A stretch of 64,000 nucleotides of DNA from Nitrosopumilus sp. (lineage in GTDB: Archaea; Thermoproteota; Nitrososphaeria; Nitrososphaerales; Nitrosopumilaceae). The DNA lies in NCBI GenBank assembly GCA_965238275.1, contig OZ250186.1:1696001-1760000 (forward strand), in the 5' to 3' direction. The position numbers and the translations under genes were made by a program. Positions 10,934 to 21,527 of the stretch are shown here, piece after piece (the first letter of the stretch is position 1; every line of letters starts with the position of its first letter). The notes under the pieces are model-generated. The model had not been told where the DNA came from and searched no databases. It worked only from the letters and a program-made list of their open reading frames with translations.

Positions 10934-12415
10934 ATGTCTGATGATAATTCCGAGTCAAGGATTGCAAAACTGGAGGAAAAAGTGGGTGTGATGGCAGAGC
11001 AGATGGCCGAAAAAGACCGGCAGATGGCCGAAAAAGACCGGCAGATGGCCGAAAAAGACCGGCAGATGGCCGAAAAAGACCGGCAGATGGCCAAACTCGC
11101 TGATCTTTACGCTGCCGCCCTCAAACAGATCCAGGATCTCACGGCAGAGTTGCAGGAGGCAAAGGGCATCATATCGGCTGCCGTTGCAAGGAGCATCGGC
11201 GCAAAACCGGACAAAAAGACCGGCAGTACCCGGCGCCGCGCAAAGGGCAAGGGCAAGGGCAAGGGCAAGCCAAGTGACCACAAACGCACGGGCCTTGCGC
11301 GTCCTGAAAGAATAGACGCAGAGGAGACAGCAGATCCGCACACGTGCGGCAACTGCGGCAGCTCCGACCTCTCAGAATGCGTGTCCACGTACACAAAGGT
11401 GGTAAGGGAGGCTGCCAAGACGGAACTAAAGCACATCAAGGTGACAGTAAAGAGAAGGCGCTGCAGGAACTGCAAGAAGACCGTGTCCGGCAGGACCCCG
11501 CTGGCACTGCCAAACTCCAGGTACGGGATCAACTTTATGATAATGATGGTCATCCTCCGGCTGCACGGCATGTCAGACCTCAGGATATGCCAGATTGTCC
11601 TGCTAACGTACTCTGCAAGGATCACGGAATCTGCGATAAACCGCATGGTGTGCAGGATGGCCCGGGAGCTCGGGCCGCTGTACGAGAAGATCAAGGAGGA
11701 GGTAAGAAACTCGCCTGCGATAAACGGGGACGAGACGACCTGGCGCGTCGACGGCACAAACTATTGGCTGTGGGTGGCTGTAGCCAGGTACGCCGTAATC
11801 TACGAGGTGCACCGCCACAGGAACTCGAAGGTTCCAAAAAAGATGCTCGGCAAGGACTATCCCGGATGCGTCACGTCTGACTCGTGGGCCGCGTGGAACG
11901 TCATCGGATCCGAACACCAAAAGTGCCACCTTCATTACGCCCGGGACATCAAGGACACCCTGAAATACAAGAATCCCGGCTACGACTACAAGCGTCACGC
12001 AAGGACGCTGCGCGCGATACTGTGGGACTCGCACATCGACGGCGCCGTTCCGGGAGGAGCCGAAGCACTGGCAGCAAAGAAGAGGCTGGATCGTCGCATC
12101 GCGTCACTTATCGGCAGGCTCGAAAAGGACCGCGACTGCAAGCACTGCAACAGGATGCGCAAGAGGCTGGTGCGGGAGGGGGATCACCTGTTTGCGTTTC
12201 TGGAGACAGACGGCGTCGAATACCACAACAACCGGGCAGAGCGGGCCATCAGGCCGTGCGTCATCCTGCGCAAGAACAGCAACGGGAGCAGGTCAAAAAA
12301 GGGCGCAGATGCCATTGCCACGCTGATGAGCATCAAGCAGACATGCAAGGCAAGGGGAGATGATCTTGGCACGGTCTTACGCGAGGGCCTGACTCCACGT
12401 CAAAAAACTGCATAG
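10934..12415 (+). CDS. IS66 family transposase
   Basis: N-terminal coiled coil, zinc finger (CGNC...CRNC), 'NGDETTW', 'TSDSW', 'CHLHYARD', 'NNRAERAIR'. Confidence 0.93.
   Translation: MSDDNSESRIAKLEEKVGVMAEQMAEKDRQMAEKDRQMAEKDRQMAEKDRQMAKLADLYAAALKQIQDLTAELQEAKGIISAAVARSIGAKPDKKTGSTRRRAKGKGKGKGKPSDHKRTGLARPERIDAEETADPHTCGNCGSSDLSECVSTYTKVVREAAKTELKHIKVTVKRRRCRNCKKTVSGRTPLALPNSRYGINFMIMMVILRLHGMSDLRICQIVLLTYSARITESAINRMVCRMARELGPLYEKIKEEVRNSPAINGDETTWRVDGTNYWLWVAVARYAVIYEVHRHRNSKVPKKMLGKDYPGCVTSDSWAAWNVIGSEHQKCHLHYARDIKDTLKYKNPGYDYKRHARTLRAILWDSHIDGAVPGGAEALAAKKRLDRRIASLIGRLEKDRDCKHCNRMRKRLVREGDHLFAFLETDGVEYHNNRAERAIRPCVILRKNSNGSRSKKGADAIATLMSIKQTCKARGDDLGTVLREGLTPRQKTA
11000..11092 (+). repeat. 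21-bp tandem repeat (CAGATGGCCGAAAAAGACCGG x4) encoding QMAEKDR heptads
   Basis: Seen directly; the second IS66 copy has only two units. Confidence 0.95.
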
Positions 12416-12949
12416 ACGCACGTAGGCATGGAGTTCAACATTTGATCAAAAAACTATACAGTTACGATTTTTGCATGTTTACACAATAACCCACTCTTTC
12501 CTTTTTTTTAATTTTACAAGAGCGATTCTTCTGCAAATTCAGTTGATGGACAGAATTACCGCCCAAATGCGACATTGCCCGCCGATACTGTGATTTCATG
12601 ACAAACGACAGCCCTTGAGACATATGCTGTCCATCTGTCGTACTTTACCCCCTGCAGATCCAGAAAAACAATGACAAAACAGTTGAGCCATCGTGTCGTA
12701 TGCGGCACACAGACACATCCTACCTCTTCTCTTACAGTCACTGTGTCACGTGCCCTGTCTGACAGCCTCTGGTCAGCCATCCGGCTTGTTGCTGGAACTC
12801 ATCTCATTTGGGCAACCTGTCCTACCCGTACGGTGCATTTGAAAACATCACATTGATCTTCAATGCATTCCAGGATCAAGATTTTTCGGTTGCAAAACGG
12901 TACCTGTTCGCATCCTCATGAGTGAAACGTTATGCCGCCTATTACGCAG

Positions 12950-13228
12950 TCACTCTGCGGCAGTCTTTTTTTCAATCTTTTTGGCGCTGTTTCGTCTTCT
13001 TGCGCCAAAGCTTACCAGCACCAGCAGGAACCCCACCCCGATCAGTATCCCTGACAGGGTGTTGTAGTCCTCTATCTCCTGCTGTGCTGTCCGGAGATCG
13101 ATTATCTCCTCTTCTGTCATCCCCGTGTGTCCTGCTGGAATCGAGGCCGAAAGAAGGGTAGTCAGGATCACCCCTACAGTTATCATTGCAATGCCTCCCC
13201 CAAGGATCCTCTTGTCTACAAGAACCAT
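12950..13228 (-). CDS. Small two-TM membrane protein
   Basis: Two hydrophobic helices and a basic C-terminal tail. Confidence 0.75.
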   Translation of the reverse strand: MVLVDKRILGGGIAMITVGVILTTLLSASIPAGHTGMTEEEIIDLRTAQQEIEDYNTLSGILIGVGFLLVLVSFGARRRNSAKKIEKKTAAE

Positions 13229-13318
13229 GATGCCTGTCTACACTCCCACCGTATATTAGAAATTTTCCATGTCCAACCGTTCATTGGGCATCAGAACTTC
13301 GGATATACGCCGCATCCG

Positions 13319-13609
13319 CTAAAAGCCCTCAGGCGGCTTTTGGACAAACACGTTGCAGACAAGCACGTCGGTCTTGGTGTCCCTGTACTGCACGTTGCAC
13401 GAGACAAACCTTCCGCGGAGCGTCCGTTCCAGCTGCTCCTGCGTGGTGTCCTGGTACTGCGGCTGGTCAGGGTCGTCAATCTTTGCAACCACTACCCTCT
13501 CGGTCTTTCCGTACTCGTCCTTGTTGTCCTTTCTGACGTGGCTTACGAGCATCTCAAAGGTGTCGCCTGTAAGTATCCTGACCACAGGGCCGCCGATTCC
13601 GTCTCCCAT
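13319..13609 (-). CDS. Thermonuclease (SNase)-like small protein with a divergent active site
   Basis: 'VVRILTGDTF' resembles VxxVxDGDT; 'IDDPD' resembles IDAPE. Confidence 0.55.
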   Translation of the reverse strand: MGDGIGGPVVRILTGDTFEMLVSHVRKDNKDEYGKTERVVVAKIDDPDQPQYQDTTQEQLERTLRGRFVSCNVQYRDTKTDVLVCNVFVQKPPEGF

Positions 13610-13629
13610 GCCTCACTCTCCACCCCATA

Positions 13630-14460
13630 TCATGACTGCCTGGCCATGCTCAGCTCAAAGTCGGGAACCAAACCCCCCTTGCGTGCCATCTCAAACATCT
13701 TCCTGATGGATCTCTCCCCGGACTCTTTCATGTTGACTGTGACCTGGTTTACGTACATCTTTACAAACCGCCCAATCAGCTCGCGCGGCTTGCCCCTGGA
13801 GTACTGCATGGCATAGTCCAGCGCATCCTCCACGTGCTCAAGGCCGTACTCTATTGATTCCTGAAGGTACCTGTCAAACCTTGCTATGGTGTCTGCGCCC
13901 AGTTCGGTCCTCATTACGTTTATCCCGAGTGGCACGGCAAGTCCGCCGGTCGTGTCATTCCACCACTCCCCGACATCGAGGATCTTCTGGACGCCTTCCT
14001 GCATGTGCGACAACTGGGTCTCGTGTATCGCAAGGCCGGCATCCACGTCCCCCCTCTTTACGGCCTCTGGAATCTGGTCAAAGCCCATCTCCACATACTC
14101 GAATCTTCCAATCATAAGCTGGAGCAGCAGAAACGCAGAAGTCATCCTTCCGGGCACCGCGATCTTGCGCCCCCTTACCTCGTCTAAACTCATCACGTCT
14201 CGTCCTATGAGGATTGGACCGTAATTCAGCCCAAAGCTTCCGCCGCTTCTCAGGACAGTGTACCCCTTGATGTACGCGCAGGCGTGGACAGAGACTGCCG
14301 TGACGTCAAGGGACGGACTCTTGGCACCCCGGTTCAGGCTCTCGATGTCCCCGATTACATGCTCCACTTCAAACCCCGGGGACGGGACGGCGCCTGTCAG
14401 CATGCCATAAAACATGAATGCGTCATCTGCGTCAGGCGTGTGCCCTACAGTTATCCTCAC
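13630..14460 (-). CDS. mqnD: MqnD-like 1,4-dihydroxy-6-naphthoate synthase
   Basis: 'GHTPDADDAFMFY', 'GGSFGLNYGP', 'IAVPGRMTSA', 'IHETQL', 'MYVN'. Confidence 0.88.
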   Translation of the reverse strand: MRITVGHTPDADDAFMFYGMLTGAVPSPGFEVEHVIGDIESLNRGAKSPSLDVTAVSVHACAYIKGYTVLRSGGSFGLNYGPILIGRDVMSLDEVRGRKIAVPGRMTSAFLLLQLMIGRFEYVEMGFDQIPEAVKRGDVDAGLAIHETQLSHMQEGVQKILDVGEWWNDTTGGLAVPLGINVMRTELGADTIARFDRYLQESIEYGLEHVEDALDYAMQYSRGKPRELIGRFVKMYVNQVTVNMKESGERSIRKMFEMARKGGLVPDFELSMARQS

Positions 14461-14621
14461 AACCGGATTTGAGACTGAATTAATAAAAACCAATCCCCGA
14501 AGGCATCATAACCCTGTGTGCCTCGATCAAAACATTCAGAAGGTGTCGCTCATAGACCGGCCGCATCGGAGCCGGTCACCGGAAAGATGCATCTGAGAGG
14601 ATAAAACAGGATCCAATGAAG

Positions 14622-16064
14622 TAGTTTGTTGCACAACCCTGCCTAGAATCACCCCACTCCTGTGGCCTTGGGCATTCCTGCAGGCAGAATCTGCCGGACA
14701 TGCGGGAGACAAGAATAGTGTATGTGCATGTGGCCACTGCAGGTTGACAAAAATCCGCCAAAACCGTCAATTTTTTTGCCCAAAAGGTACAAAGATCACC
14801 CTACCCCCACATGTACGTGGCAGATGTAGAGGATGCCGGCGGGAAGAAATCCAGGCTCCACATAACCCATTCCCAGAACGACGCGAGGTACATAGAACAG
14901 GGAATGTTGCTGTTCCTGGCCCCCGATCCGGATTCTGCCAAGGATCTTGCCAGGATGAACAAGAAGAAAAACGGGCGCCCTTTTGACTACTCCGAGTTGA
15001 CCATAATGGCAATCGCCGGGGTGAGGTACAAGCTCAAGCTCGCGTACCGGCCCTGCGAAGGATTGGCGATAAGTGCCCTGGGGGAGGGGGATGCCCCGGA
15101 TCACACCACGCTGTGCAGGCGAATCAACAAGATGAATGTCACAAGCGCGGAGGGATGCGTGGAGGTAAGGAGCAAGGGGAGCATCATGCGGCTGATCCCT
15201 GACGGCACGGGACTGACGCCTTCCACGCGCAGCGACTGGATGCGCCACAAGCACAAGGTAAAGCGGGGCTGGATCAGGCTGAGCGTCATGATCGAGCACG
15301 ACACGCAAAAGATCGTGGCATTCAAGGTGACTGACGAACGCACGGGAGATTCTCCGCAGTTTGAGGGCCTCTTGGAGGACTCGCTGGAGTGCCTCGGAAT
15401 CGACGCCGGCAGGCTCTGCAGGAACGCCCGGCAGGGGGGAGGGTCGGCTGACAAAAAGGACCCGGCACAGTCCCCGTCATCTGACAGGAAGGGCCAAGGG
15501 GATCGACAACCCCAGAGGGAGTCAGACGTGATCGAACAGGCAATCAATGCCGCAAGCACGGCTGGGAATCTGGAAGAATCCGTCATAGCCGTCTTGGGTG
15601 ACGGAGGATATGACACCCGGAAGATCCACTCGCTGTGCAAGAATCTCGGGATCTACTCGCTGATCAAGGTACGCCAGAATTCCAATTCCAGATCAAATGG
15701 CAAGGGCCGGGCGCGCGCCCTGGCTGCGCAGGATCAGCTGTGCGGCAGCAAGCACGGGCCCAAGGAACTTTCCGCACTGGACGCCGACGAGCGCTCCAAG
15801 AACCAAAAGGAATGGAAACGGAAGGTAGGCTATGGCCGCCGGTGGCTTGTAGAGATAGTATTCTCCGCGTTCAAGAGGCGGTTTGGCGACTTTGTGATGG
15901 CCAGAACCATGAAGAACATAATCAACGAGATCGGAATCAAGGTCAGGATATACAATGAACTGCTGGACGTGGCACGGGAGGCAATCATGAGGGCGTAGGA
16001 AGGGTGGCAGTACTGGCAGTACTTCCCCACGTCCATGGGTTCGACGAGGTTGTGCAACAAACTA
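14622..16064 (+). mobile_element. Complete IS5-family (IS903-like) insertion sequence
   Basis: Perfect 17-bp TIR TAGTTTGTTGCACAACC; 8-bp TSD CAATGAAG at 14614-14621 and 16065-16072. Confidence 0.92.
14811..15998 (+). CDS. IS5 family transposase
   Basis: 'GRPFDYS', 'PDHTTLCRR', 'IPDGTG', 'GDGGYD', 'YGRRWLVEIVFSAFKRRFG'. Confidence 0.92.
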   Translation: MYVADVEDAGGKKSRLHITHSQNDARYIEQGMLLFLAPDPDSAKDLARMNKKKNGRPFDYSELTIMAIAGVRYKLKLAYRPCEGLAISALGEGDAPDHTTLCRRINKMNVTSAEGCVEVRSKGSIMRLIPDGTGLTPSTRSDWMRHKHKVKRGWIRLSVMIEHDTQKIVAFKVTDERTGDSPQFEGLLEDSLECLGIDAGRLCRNARQGGGSADKKDPAQSPSSDRKGQGDRQPQRESDVIEQAINAASTAGNLEESVIAVLGDGGYDTRKIHSLCKNLGIYSLIKVRQNSNSRSNGKGRARALAAQDQLCGSKHGPKELSALDADERSKNQKEWKRKVGYGRRWLVEIVFSAFKRRFGDFVMARTMKNIINEIGIKVRIYNELLDVAREAIMRA

Positions 16065-16318
16065 CAATGAAGATCAAAGGGGATTCCAAACAAGATCATT
16101 ACCCTGAGGATACTCATGTCCACCACCGGCATAGGCGTGAAAGTACGAAGCTGTTTACAAATTCGTGCCTAGAAATAATCGGAACCTGAACATGTATCCA
16201 TGCGTAGAATTAACAAGGATTTCATGTGTTTTTAGCATGGTGGGGGACAGCATCTGCTGGGCGGTGTACGATACAAGTTTCAGATCCATCTTATATAATT
16301 GAGATTCATATCAAAGAC

Positions 16319-16528
16319 ATGGGCCAAAAGGAGGACTATAGCATCCTAATCAAAAAAGACGGCAAATTCCATGTCGGTTATTGTCTGGAGGTACCCCAAG
16401 CCAGAGGTCAGGGTAATACCCGACAGGAGGCAGTGACAGACACCAAAAAGGCAATCATACTATGCAAGTCCTATCTTGAGGATAAAAAGAAGGATTTGGC
16501 ATCAAAGATAATCACCGTGTCACTTTGA
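16319..16528 (+). CDS. hicB: HicB-like antitoxin (short form)
   Basis: 'HVGYCLEVPQARGQGNTRQEAVTDTKKAI'; overlaps hicA. Confidence 0.85.
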   Translation: MGQKEDYSILIKKDGKFHVGYCLEVPQARGQGNTRQEAVTDTKKAIILCKSYLEDKKKDLASKIITVSL

Positions 16529-16740
16529 GCCTTCCCGTTGTGGGATACAGGGAAACGCTAAAGGTGCTGCGAAAAAGAAATTTTTATCCCGTCAGGCAGA
16601 CTGGAAGCCATATCATAGTTGAAAACGGTGTAGGGTTGTGGACTTCCATCCCCAGAAAAAAAGAGCTTGGAAAGGGGTTGCTGTTACAGATAATCTCCGA
16701 TTGTGGGCTGACAAAAAAAGAATTCATCGAATTGCTGTAA
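16525..16740 (+). CDS. hicA: HicA family toxin
   Basis: 'FYPVRQTGSHIIV...IPRKKELGKGLLLQIISDCGL' with the GSH motif. Confidence 0.88.
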   Translation: MSLPVVGYRETLKVLRKRNFYPVRQTGSHIIVENGVGLWTSIPRKKELGKGLLLQIISDCGLTKKEFIELL

Positions 16741-17250
16741 CTGATTGGGAATTCCTTGCTCCATAGGCGTACTGAAAAATATCAAAGCCTGTATGCAGTG
16801 TCTGAACGGTCTGGTCAGTCTGCACCTGTCATCCACTTCCCTCACAAAGCATACCTGTTTTTTCATGGGGATTGTCCCTGCTACATCCGGATGGACATCC
16901 TGATGTCGCCTCTGGGAGTCCTGTATCCTTGGTAGGCAGGCAGACACTCATCGGTACCCTGACATGCATGGGGGGGCAGGGGCTGCTGGGATGGTGCGTT
17001 CTGTGTTGTATGGCAGCCATACCCTGAACCACTACATCCGATCCCCTCCAGATACAGTATCTGCCGCATGCGGGGCTGGCCATGACTGGGTATTGTCTCC
17101 AGAATCCTGTTTGCCATGAACTGCTACACATACCGAACACTACGATGGCTGGATCAGAAATCCCAAGACGGGTTCAGGCATTGCAGGTTCTGAACCCGAA
17201 CATGCCGTCGTGGCAGTCCCTCTAATATATCTCGGGAATAGTACCACCGT

Positions 17251-18156
17251 GTGAAGACCGTCGAGGCATACCGGCAGGAGATCAGGCTGCAGCCCGAGTT
17301 TCTCAAGTCGTTTGGGATGCAAAAACCAATACCTGCAGACGAGCAGGAGGGATGCGTCTTTTCGGGAAGCGGGGATTCCCTGGCCTCTGCGATGCTTGCA
17401 GAATCCCTCTCCGGGGGGCTCGTCAGGGCAATGGACCCACTGGATCTGTCCCGGAACAGGACCATGGCGCGCTCAAAGCATCCGTACATCGTCTCCATAT
17501 CCGGAGAGACCGTGGCAGGAGTCCGGGCAGCCAAACTCGCAGGAGACGCCACTGCCATCACCGCCAATCCCCAAAGCAGGCTTGCTTGTGCCTCAAGGGA
17601 CACGATACTGCTAGAGTTTCCCGGCAGCGGCGTATTCACCGCAGGAAGCATATCGTTTCTGGCAAGCGCCCTTACCTGCATCTCCCTGGTGAGGCGTTTT
17701 CGGATGCCCGACCCCGGGGAGCTGTTCCTGAGGGCAGAGTCCGATGCGGCAGGCGCGCACATCTCGGGACGCCCCTACATCCTGGGAGGCCAGTCTGCAT
17801 ACCCGCTTGCAATGTACTGTGCGGCAAAGCTCTATGAGACTGTCGGGCATGATGCGCACTACTCCCGGACAGAACAGTTCTCGCACATGGAGCTCTTCTC
17901 TGCGGGGAGGGGGGACACCGTAATACTGCTTGAAGGACGAAACAGGCACAACCGGACCCTCGCCGACGGCCTCCGGGACGCGGGAATCAACGTGGTTCAT
18001 CCCGATGTCCCGTCAGGTGACATACGGGCCGTGATATATCGCACGTTTTTTTCACAGCTGCTCTCGCTGCGCCAGGCAGAAGCCGAAGGCAAAAGCGAGT
18101 GTCATTTTGTCACTGCCAGGGATCTTCGCAGCATCAGCAACCACATGATATACTGA
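17251..18156 (+). CDS. SIS-domain sugar isomerase
   Basis: 'FSGSGDS', 'VSISGET', 'ITANPQSRLA', 'AAKLYE', 'EQFSHMELF'. Confidence 0.85.
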   Translation: MKTVEAYRQEIRLQPEFLKSFGMQKPIPADEQEGCVFSGSGDSLASAMLAESLSGGLVRAMDPLDLSRNRTMARSKHPYIVSISGETVAGVRAAKLAGDATAITANPQSRLACASRDTILLEFPGSGVFTAGSISFLASALTCISLVRRFRMPDPGELFLRAESDAAGAHISGRPYILGGQSAYPLAMYCAAKLYETVGHDAHYSRTEQFSHMELFSAGRGDTVILLEGRNRHNRTLADGLRDAGINVVHPDVPSGDIRAVIYRTFFSQLLSLRQAEAEGKSECHFVTARDLRSISNHMIY

Positions 18157-18273
18157 GCGGTGGTGAGTTTGTGGGTATGTGATTTGGCGATCCATATGAT
18201 TTTCTGCCAATGTCGCTTTCAGGCCTTTCCAATGCGATGTACTTATTTACTATTCTGATGAACAAGATATACT

Positions 18274-20031
18274 GTGTATAGTGCATTGGGAATAATTGCA
18301 GTGATTGCAGTCAGTCTAGCAGGCACTGGGGCGTATGCACAGGATTATTCAGGGGATTCGGCAGAGTCCACCCTTGAGGGAATAATCGAGATAGGCGCGC
18401 TGGTTCCAGTTACGGGCGACGCCTCTGGCCATGGCGAGGACATCAGGATTACCATAGATATTGCAGAGGATGATTTTAACAGATATCTTGAGGAAAACGG
18501 AATCGATTGGAGGCTCAATGTAGTCGTAGAGGATACGGCATCCCAACCCGTTATAGCACTTGAAAAGGTGACAAGCTTTAGTGCAAAGGGCATCAGCGCC
18601 GTGGCCGGACCGTACTCGAGTTCCGAGCTGCGCAATATCAAGGGATACGCAGAGAGCAACAACATGATGCTAGTCAGCTACTCCTCCACGGCTCCTTCCC
18701 TTTCCATATCTGGGGACAGCGTATTCCGGTTCGTGCCAGATGAGACAAAACAGGCGCCGGCGATTGCCAGGTACTTTTCAGAAGTCGGCATTACAAACCT
18801 GATTCCGATATGGAGAAATGACGAGTGGGGCAACGGACTGATAGATGCCGTAAGGTCGGAGTTTACTGATATCGGGGGCGTAATGGATGAAGGGGTGACG
18901 TACAATCCTGATGCAATCGAATTCTCCTCCGAGGTCTCGCTGCTTGCCGAGATAGTCGAGGAGCACGTAGCTGAAGTTGGCTCAGACAAGGTTGCAGTCG
19001 TAATCGTAACCTTCAGCGAGATTACACCCATCGCGCAATCCGCGTCACAGTACGACTCGCTGTCGCAGGTACTCTGGTTCAGCACGGATACGGTCGTAAA
19101 CGACGCAGAGCTAAAAAATGATCCCATAGCCCAAAGGTTCTTCAACGAGTCGGGGTTGGTCATAACCGCGTATGCCTTATCCTCAAACCCGGTATCGGAG
19201 AGGATCAGTGCGCAGGCAGCCGAGATCAACGGCAAGGTTCCGAACACATACGCGCTCTCTGCGTACGATGTCATCTGGGGACTCGGACTCTCGATACTTG
19301 AGGCAGACTCGACGGAGGCAGACGCCATCACGTCCGTGCTGCCAACCGTGCTGGAGGATTACTCGGGGGCTCTTGGAACGATACTCCTGAACGATGCAGG
19401 CGATCTGGCCCAGGCCACCTACGACATATACAACGTGAAGGAGCATGTATGGACGCTGCTCGGGTCATACGACTCGGCGTCTGACTCGCTGGTATTTGTA
19501 GAGGAAGCTGGGATGGACGATGCCATGCCGGGTGATGATGAGGATGTTGTGACTCCTGATGATACCACGCCAGATGATACCACGCCAGATGATACTGTCA
19601 CTCCTGACGACGGAGGCGGATGCCTGATTGCGACTGCCGCGTACGGCAGCGAGCTTGCGCCGCAGGTACAGTTCCTGCGCGAGATCAGGGACAACTCGCT
19701 CCTCTCTACGGCATCGGGCATGTCGTTCATGACAGGATTCAACCAGTTCTACTACTCGTTCTCTCCTGTAGTGGCAGACATTGAGAGGGAGAATGCAGTG
19801 TTTAGGGACGTGGTTAGGACGGCGATAACTCCCGGGGTATACGCGCTGAACATAATGGTGCTTGCAGATCCGGGATCAGAATTCTCCGTCATCGCATTTG
19901 GCCTGCTCTCAATTGCGGCCGTGGCAGGAATCTACGTGGTAGCGCCCTTGCTTGTGGTTCACGCAGTTGCCAGAAGGATAAGGAGAAACAGGCGCAGCCT
20001 GGAGAACCGACAAACCTTGCCTGAGTATTAG
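18274..20031 (+). CDS. LivJ-like substrate-binding protein with C-terminal CFI-box-CTERM domain
   Basis: 'IGALVPVTG', 'SSTAPSLS...VFRFVPD', acidic TPDD linker, 'GGGCLIATAAYGSELAPQVQFLREIRD'. Confidence 0.88.
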   Translation: MYSALGIIAVIAVSLAGTGAYAQDYSGDSAESTLEGIIEIGALVPVTGDASGHGEDIRITIDIAEDDFNRYLEENGIDWRLNVVVEDTASQPVIALEKVTSFSAKGISAVAGPYSSSELRNIKGYAESNNMMLVSYSSTAPSLSISGDSVFRFVPDETKQAPAIARYFSEVGITNLIPIWRNDEWGNGLIDAVRSEFTDIGGVMDEGVTYNPDAIEFSSEVSLLAEIVEEHVAEVGSDKVAVVIVTFSEITPIAQSASQYDSLSQVLWFSTDTVVNDAELKNDPIAQRFFNESGLVITAYALSSNPVSERISAQAAEINGKVPNTYALSAYDVIWGLGLSILEADSTEADAITSVLPTVLEDYSGALGTILLNDAGDLAQATYDIYNVKEHVWTLLGSYDSASDSLVFVEEAGMDDAMPGDDEDVVTPDDTTPDDTTPDDTVTPDDGGGCLIATAAYGSELAPQVQFLREIRDNSLLSTASGMSFMTGFNQFYYSFSPVVADIERENAVFRDVVRTAITPGVYALNIMVLADPGSEFSVIAFGLLSIAAVAGIYVVAPLLVVHAVARRIRRNRRSLENRQTLPEY

Positions 20032-20130
20032 TGGATGATCTGACTAGCCGTGCACAGATGTCTGTTGATCCTTGCCTGTCTATAAATTCAGTGTCATAAA
20101 ATAAGTTTTTATAGCCTAATGAATTATTAT

Positions 20131-20400
20131 ATGACACTGAAAATGAACAGGACGGCAATACGGCTACTGCAACAGGTTGATGGCGGGGTAACGGATGCGG
20201 CCGAACTGAGGCGCAACCTGGGAATAAGCGGTTCGCATTTCAACCGGCTGGCAAGGACTCTGACTGGGCAGCAGTATCTGGATCGGAGCGGGGAAGTACT
20301 GACGGCAGCTTTGAACCCAAAATACGCACTCTTTAGCAAGGTTGCAAGACGGTACGACATGCACGCCATACTCGGCAGCTCGAACGAGGGGTTTTGTGCC
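20131..20400 (+). pseudogene. Truncated winged-HTH protein
   Basis: 'AELRRNLGISGSHFNRLARTLTGQQYL'; protein-like sequence is lost after about 20390. Confidence 0.5.
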
Positions 20401-20689
20401 TGCAAGCAACATTATTCCAGGCAACCTTACGGTAACTTCCGAGTCAGCTCCACCATCCGGGGGCATCGTCGACAAGCACGCCGTCTGGAGCGTGAATGAT
20501 GAAAATTCCCCCCACTGGAACCTGGAGACGATCCCGAACCCCACTGGCTACTGGGTGCCGATCATCGACACGGACGGGTTCGCGTCGCGTATGGCAGATG
20601 CTGCAGGTGACACCGTGCGGAAGAAGAGCGCGTCCGACGACTTCGGAACCGTGGTCAAGACGGAGAAAGGCAAGATCGTCCTCTTTATT

Positions 20690-21375
20690 CCGGCAATGCG
20701 GTTCAGCATCGTCTCAAGCACGACCGTGTCAGTCGTGCGGTTGGAAGTGATTCTGCAGGACAGTATGATCTGCAGTCCCAGCATCACCGTCACGTGCCAC
20801 TTGAGGTACCTCTTTACCCTTTTTGGGACAAATTCGTGCCTGGCTTTGTCCGGCCTTTCGGCTGTTTCGTACCTGCCCGTCTCCACTCCAGTGCTGTCTG
20901 CGGCCAGTATCCCTTCAGTCGCGCCGGCCGCCTCCATGCATTGGCGCGCAGTCTCCGTCAGGATTCGTTCCAGCCACGGGATTGGAATTGTTTCGAGGAA
21001 TCGCGCTATCGTCGAATGGTCCGGAACCGGCTCATGCCACGGAAGGTTCCATCCGGGCGCGCAGTTTTGCGCGTCCCTGGATGCGAGGCCCTCAAAGATC
21101 ATGATGGTGCATACGCAGGTCATCTTCTCTACAGAGTGAATTCTGGGTCTTCCGCGTCTGCCCTTGCCTTGTTTTGCAGGCGGTGGGTTCTTCATTACCA
21201 AAGACACGATGGTTTTTATCAGAAAGTCGCGTTCTGTTGTGTGTGCCCTGTGATAACTATTCCAGTAGCTAGCCCTTCTCTTGTGTTTCATTGAAGGGGG
21301 GCACACTTTATGATCCTTAGCAGGTATGAGTCAAATGTGCGCGATCACACGCTCAACGTGATTTACGCGACAGCC
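20690..21375 (-). mobile_element. Truncated IS5/IS4-type transposase with one terminal repeat
   Basis: 'RGRPRIHS', 'PDHSTIARF', 'AADSTG', 'YLKWH'; C-terminal half missing; end GGCTGTCGCGTAAATC at 21375. Confidence 0.8.
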
Positions 21376-21376
21376 T

Positions 21377-21510
21377 ACTTCCGAACACTACGAGACGTTG
21401 GAGAACCTGACTCATGCGGTGTCCGAGTATTTCAGGACGTGTTCAATCAGGCTTGACATCTACAAGTTCCTGTACCGCTGCGTATGAAGCAAAATTTTCA
21501 CTGATCGTTA
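21377..21510 (+). mobile_element. 3' remnant of a probable IS630-family transposase
   Basis: Reads TSEHYETLENLTHAVSEYFRTCSIRLDIYKFLYRCV* (stop 21487), resembling IS630 C-termini (YxxLxxLxxAVxxYF). Confidence 0.5.
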
Positions 21511-21527
21511 CTCTGGGATGTGCCCTC

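Larger units (their letters stand above)
10783..12465 (+). mobile_element. Complete single-ORF IS66-family insertion sequence
   Basis: 38-bp TIRs GTATCTGTGTAGTTTTTTGATCAAATGTTGAACTCCAT / GTAACTGTATAG... (2 mismatches); 8-bp TSD GATTTTTG at 10775-10782 and 12466-12473. Confidence 0.95.

Noticed and set aside
11000-11092. CRISPR-like short repeats
   Set aside because: Spacer-less in-frame tandem repeat inside the IS66 transposase.
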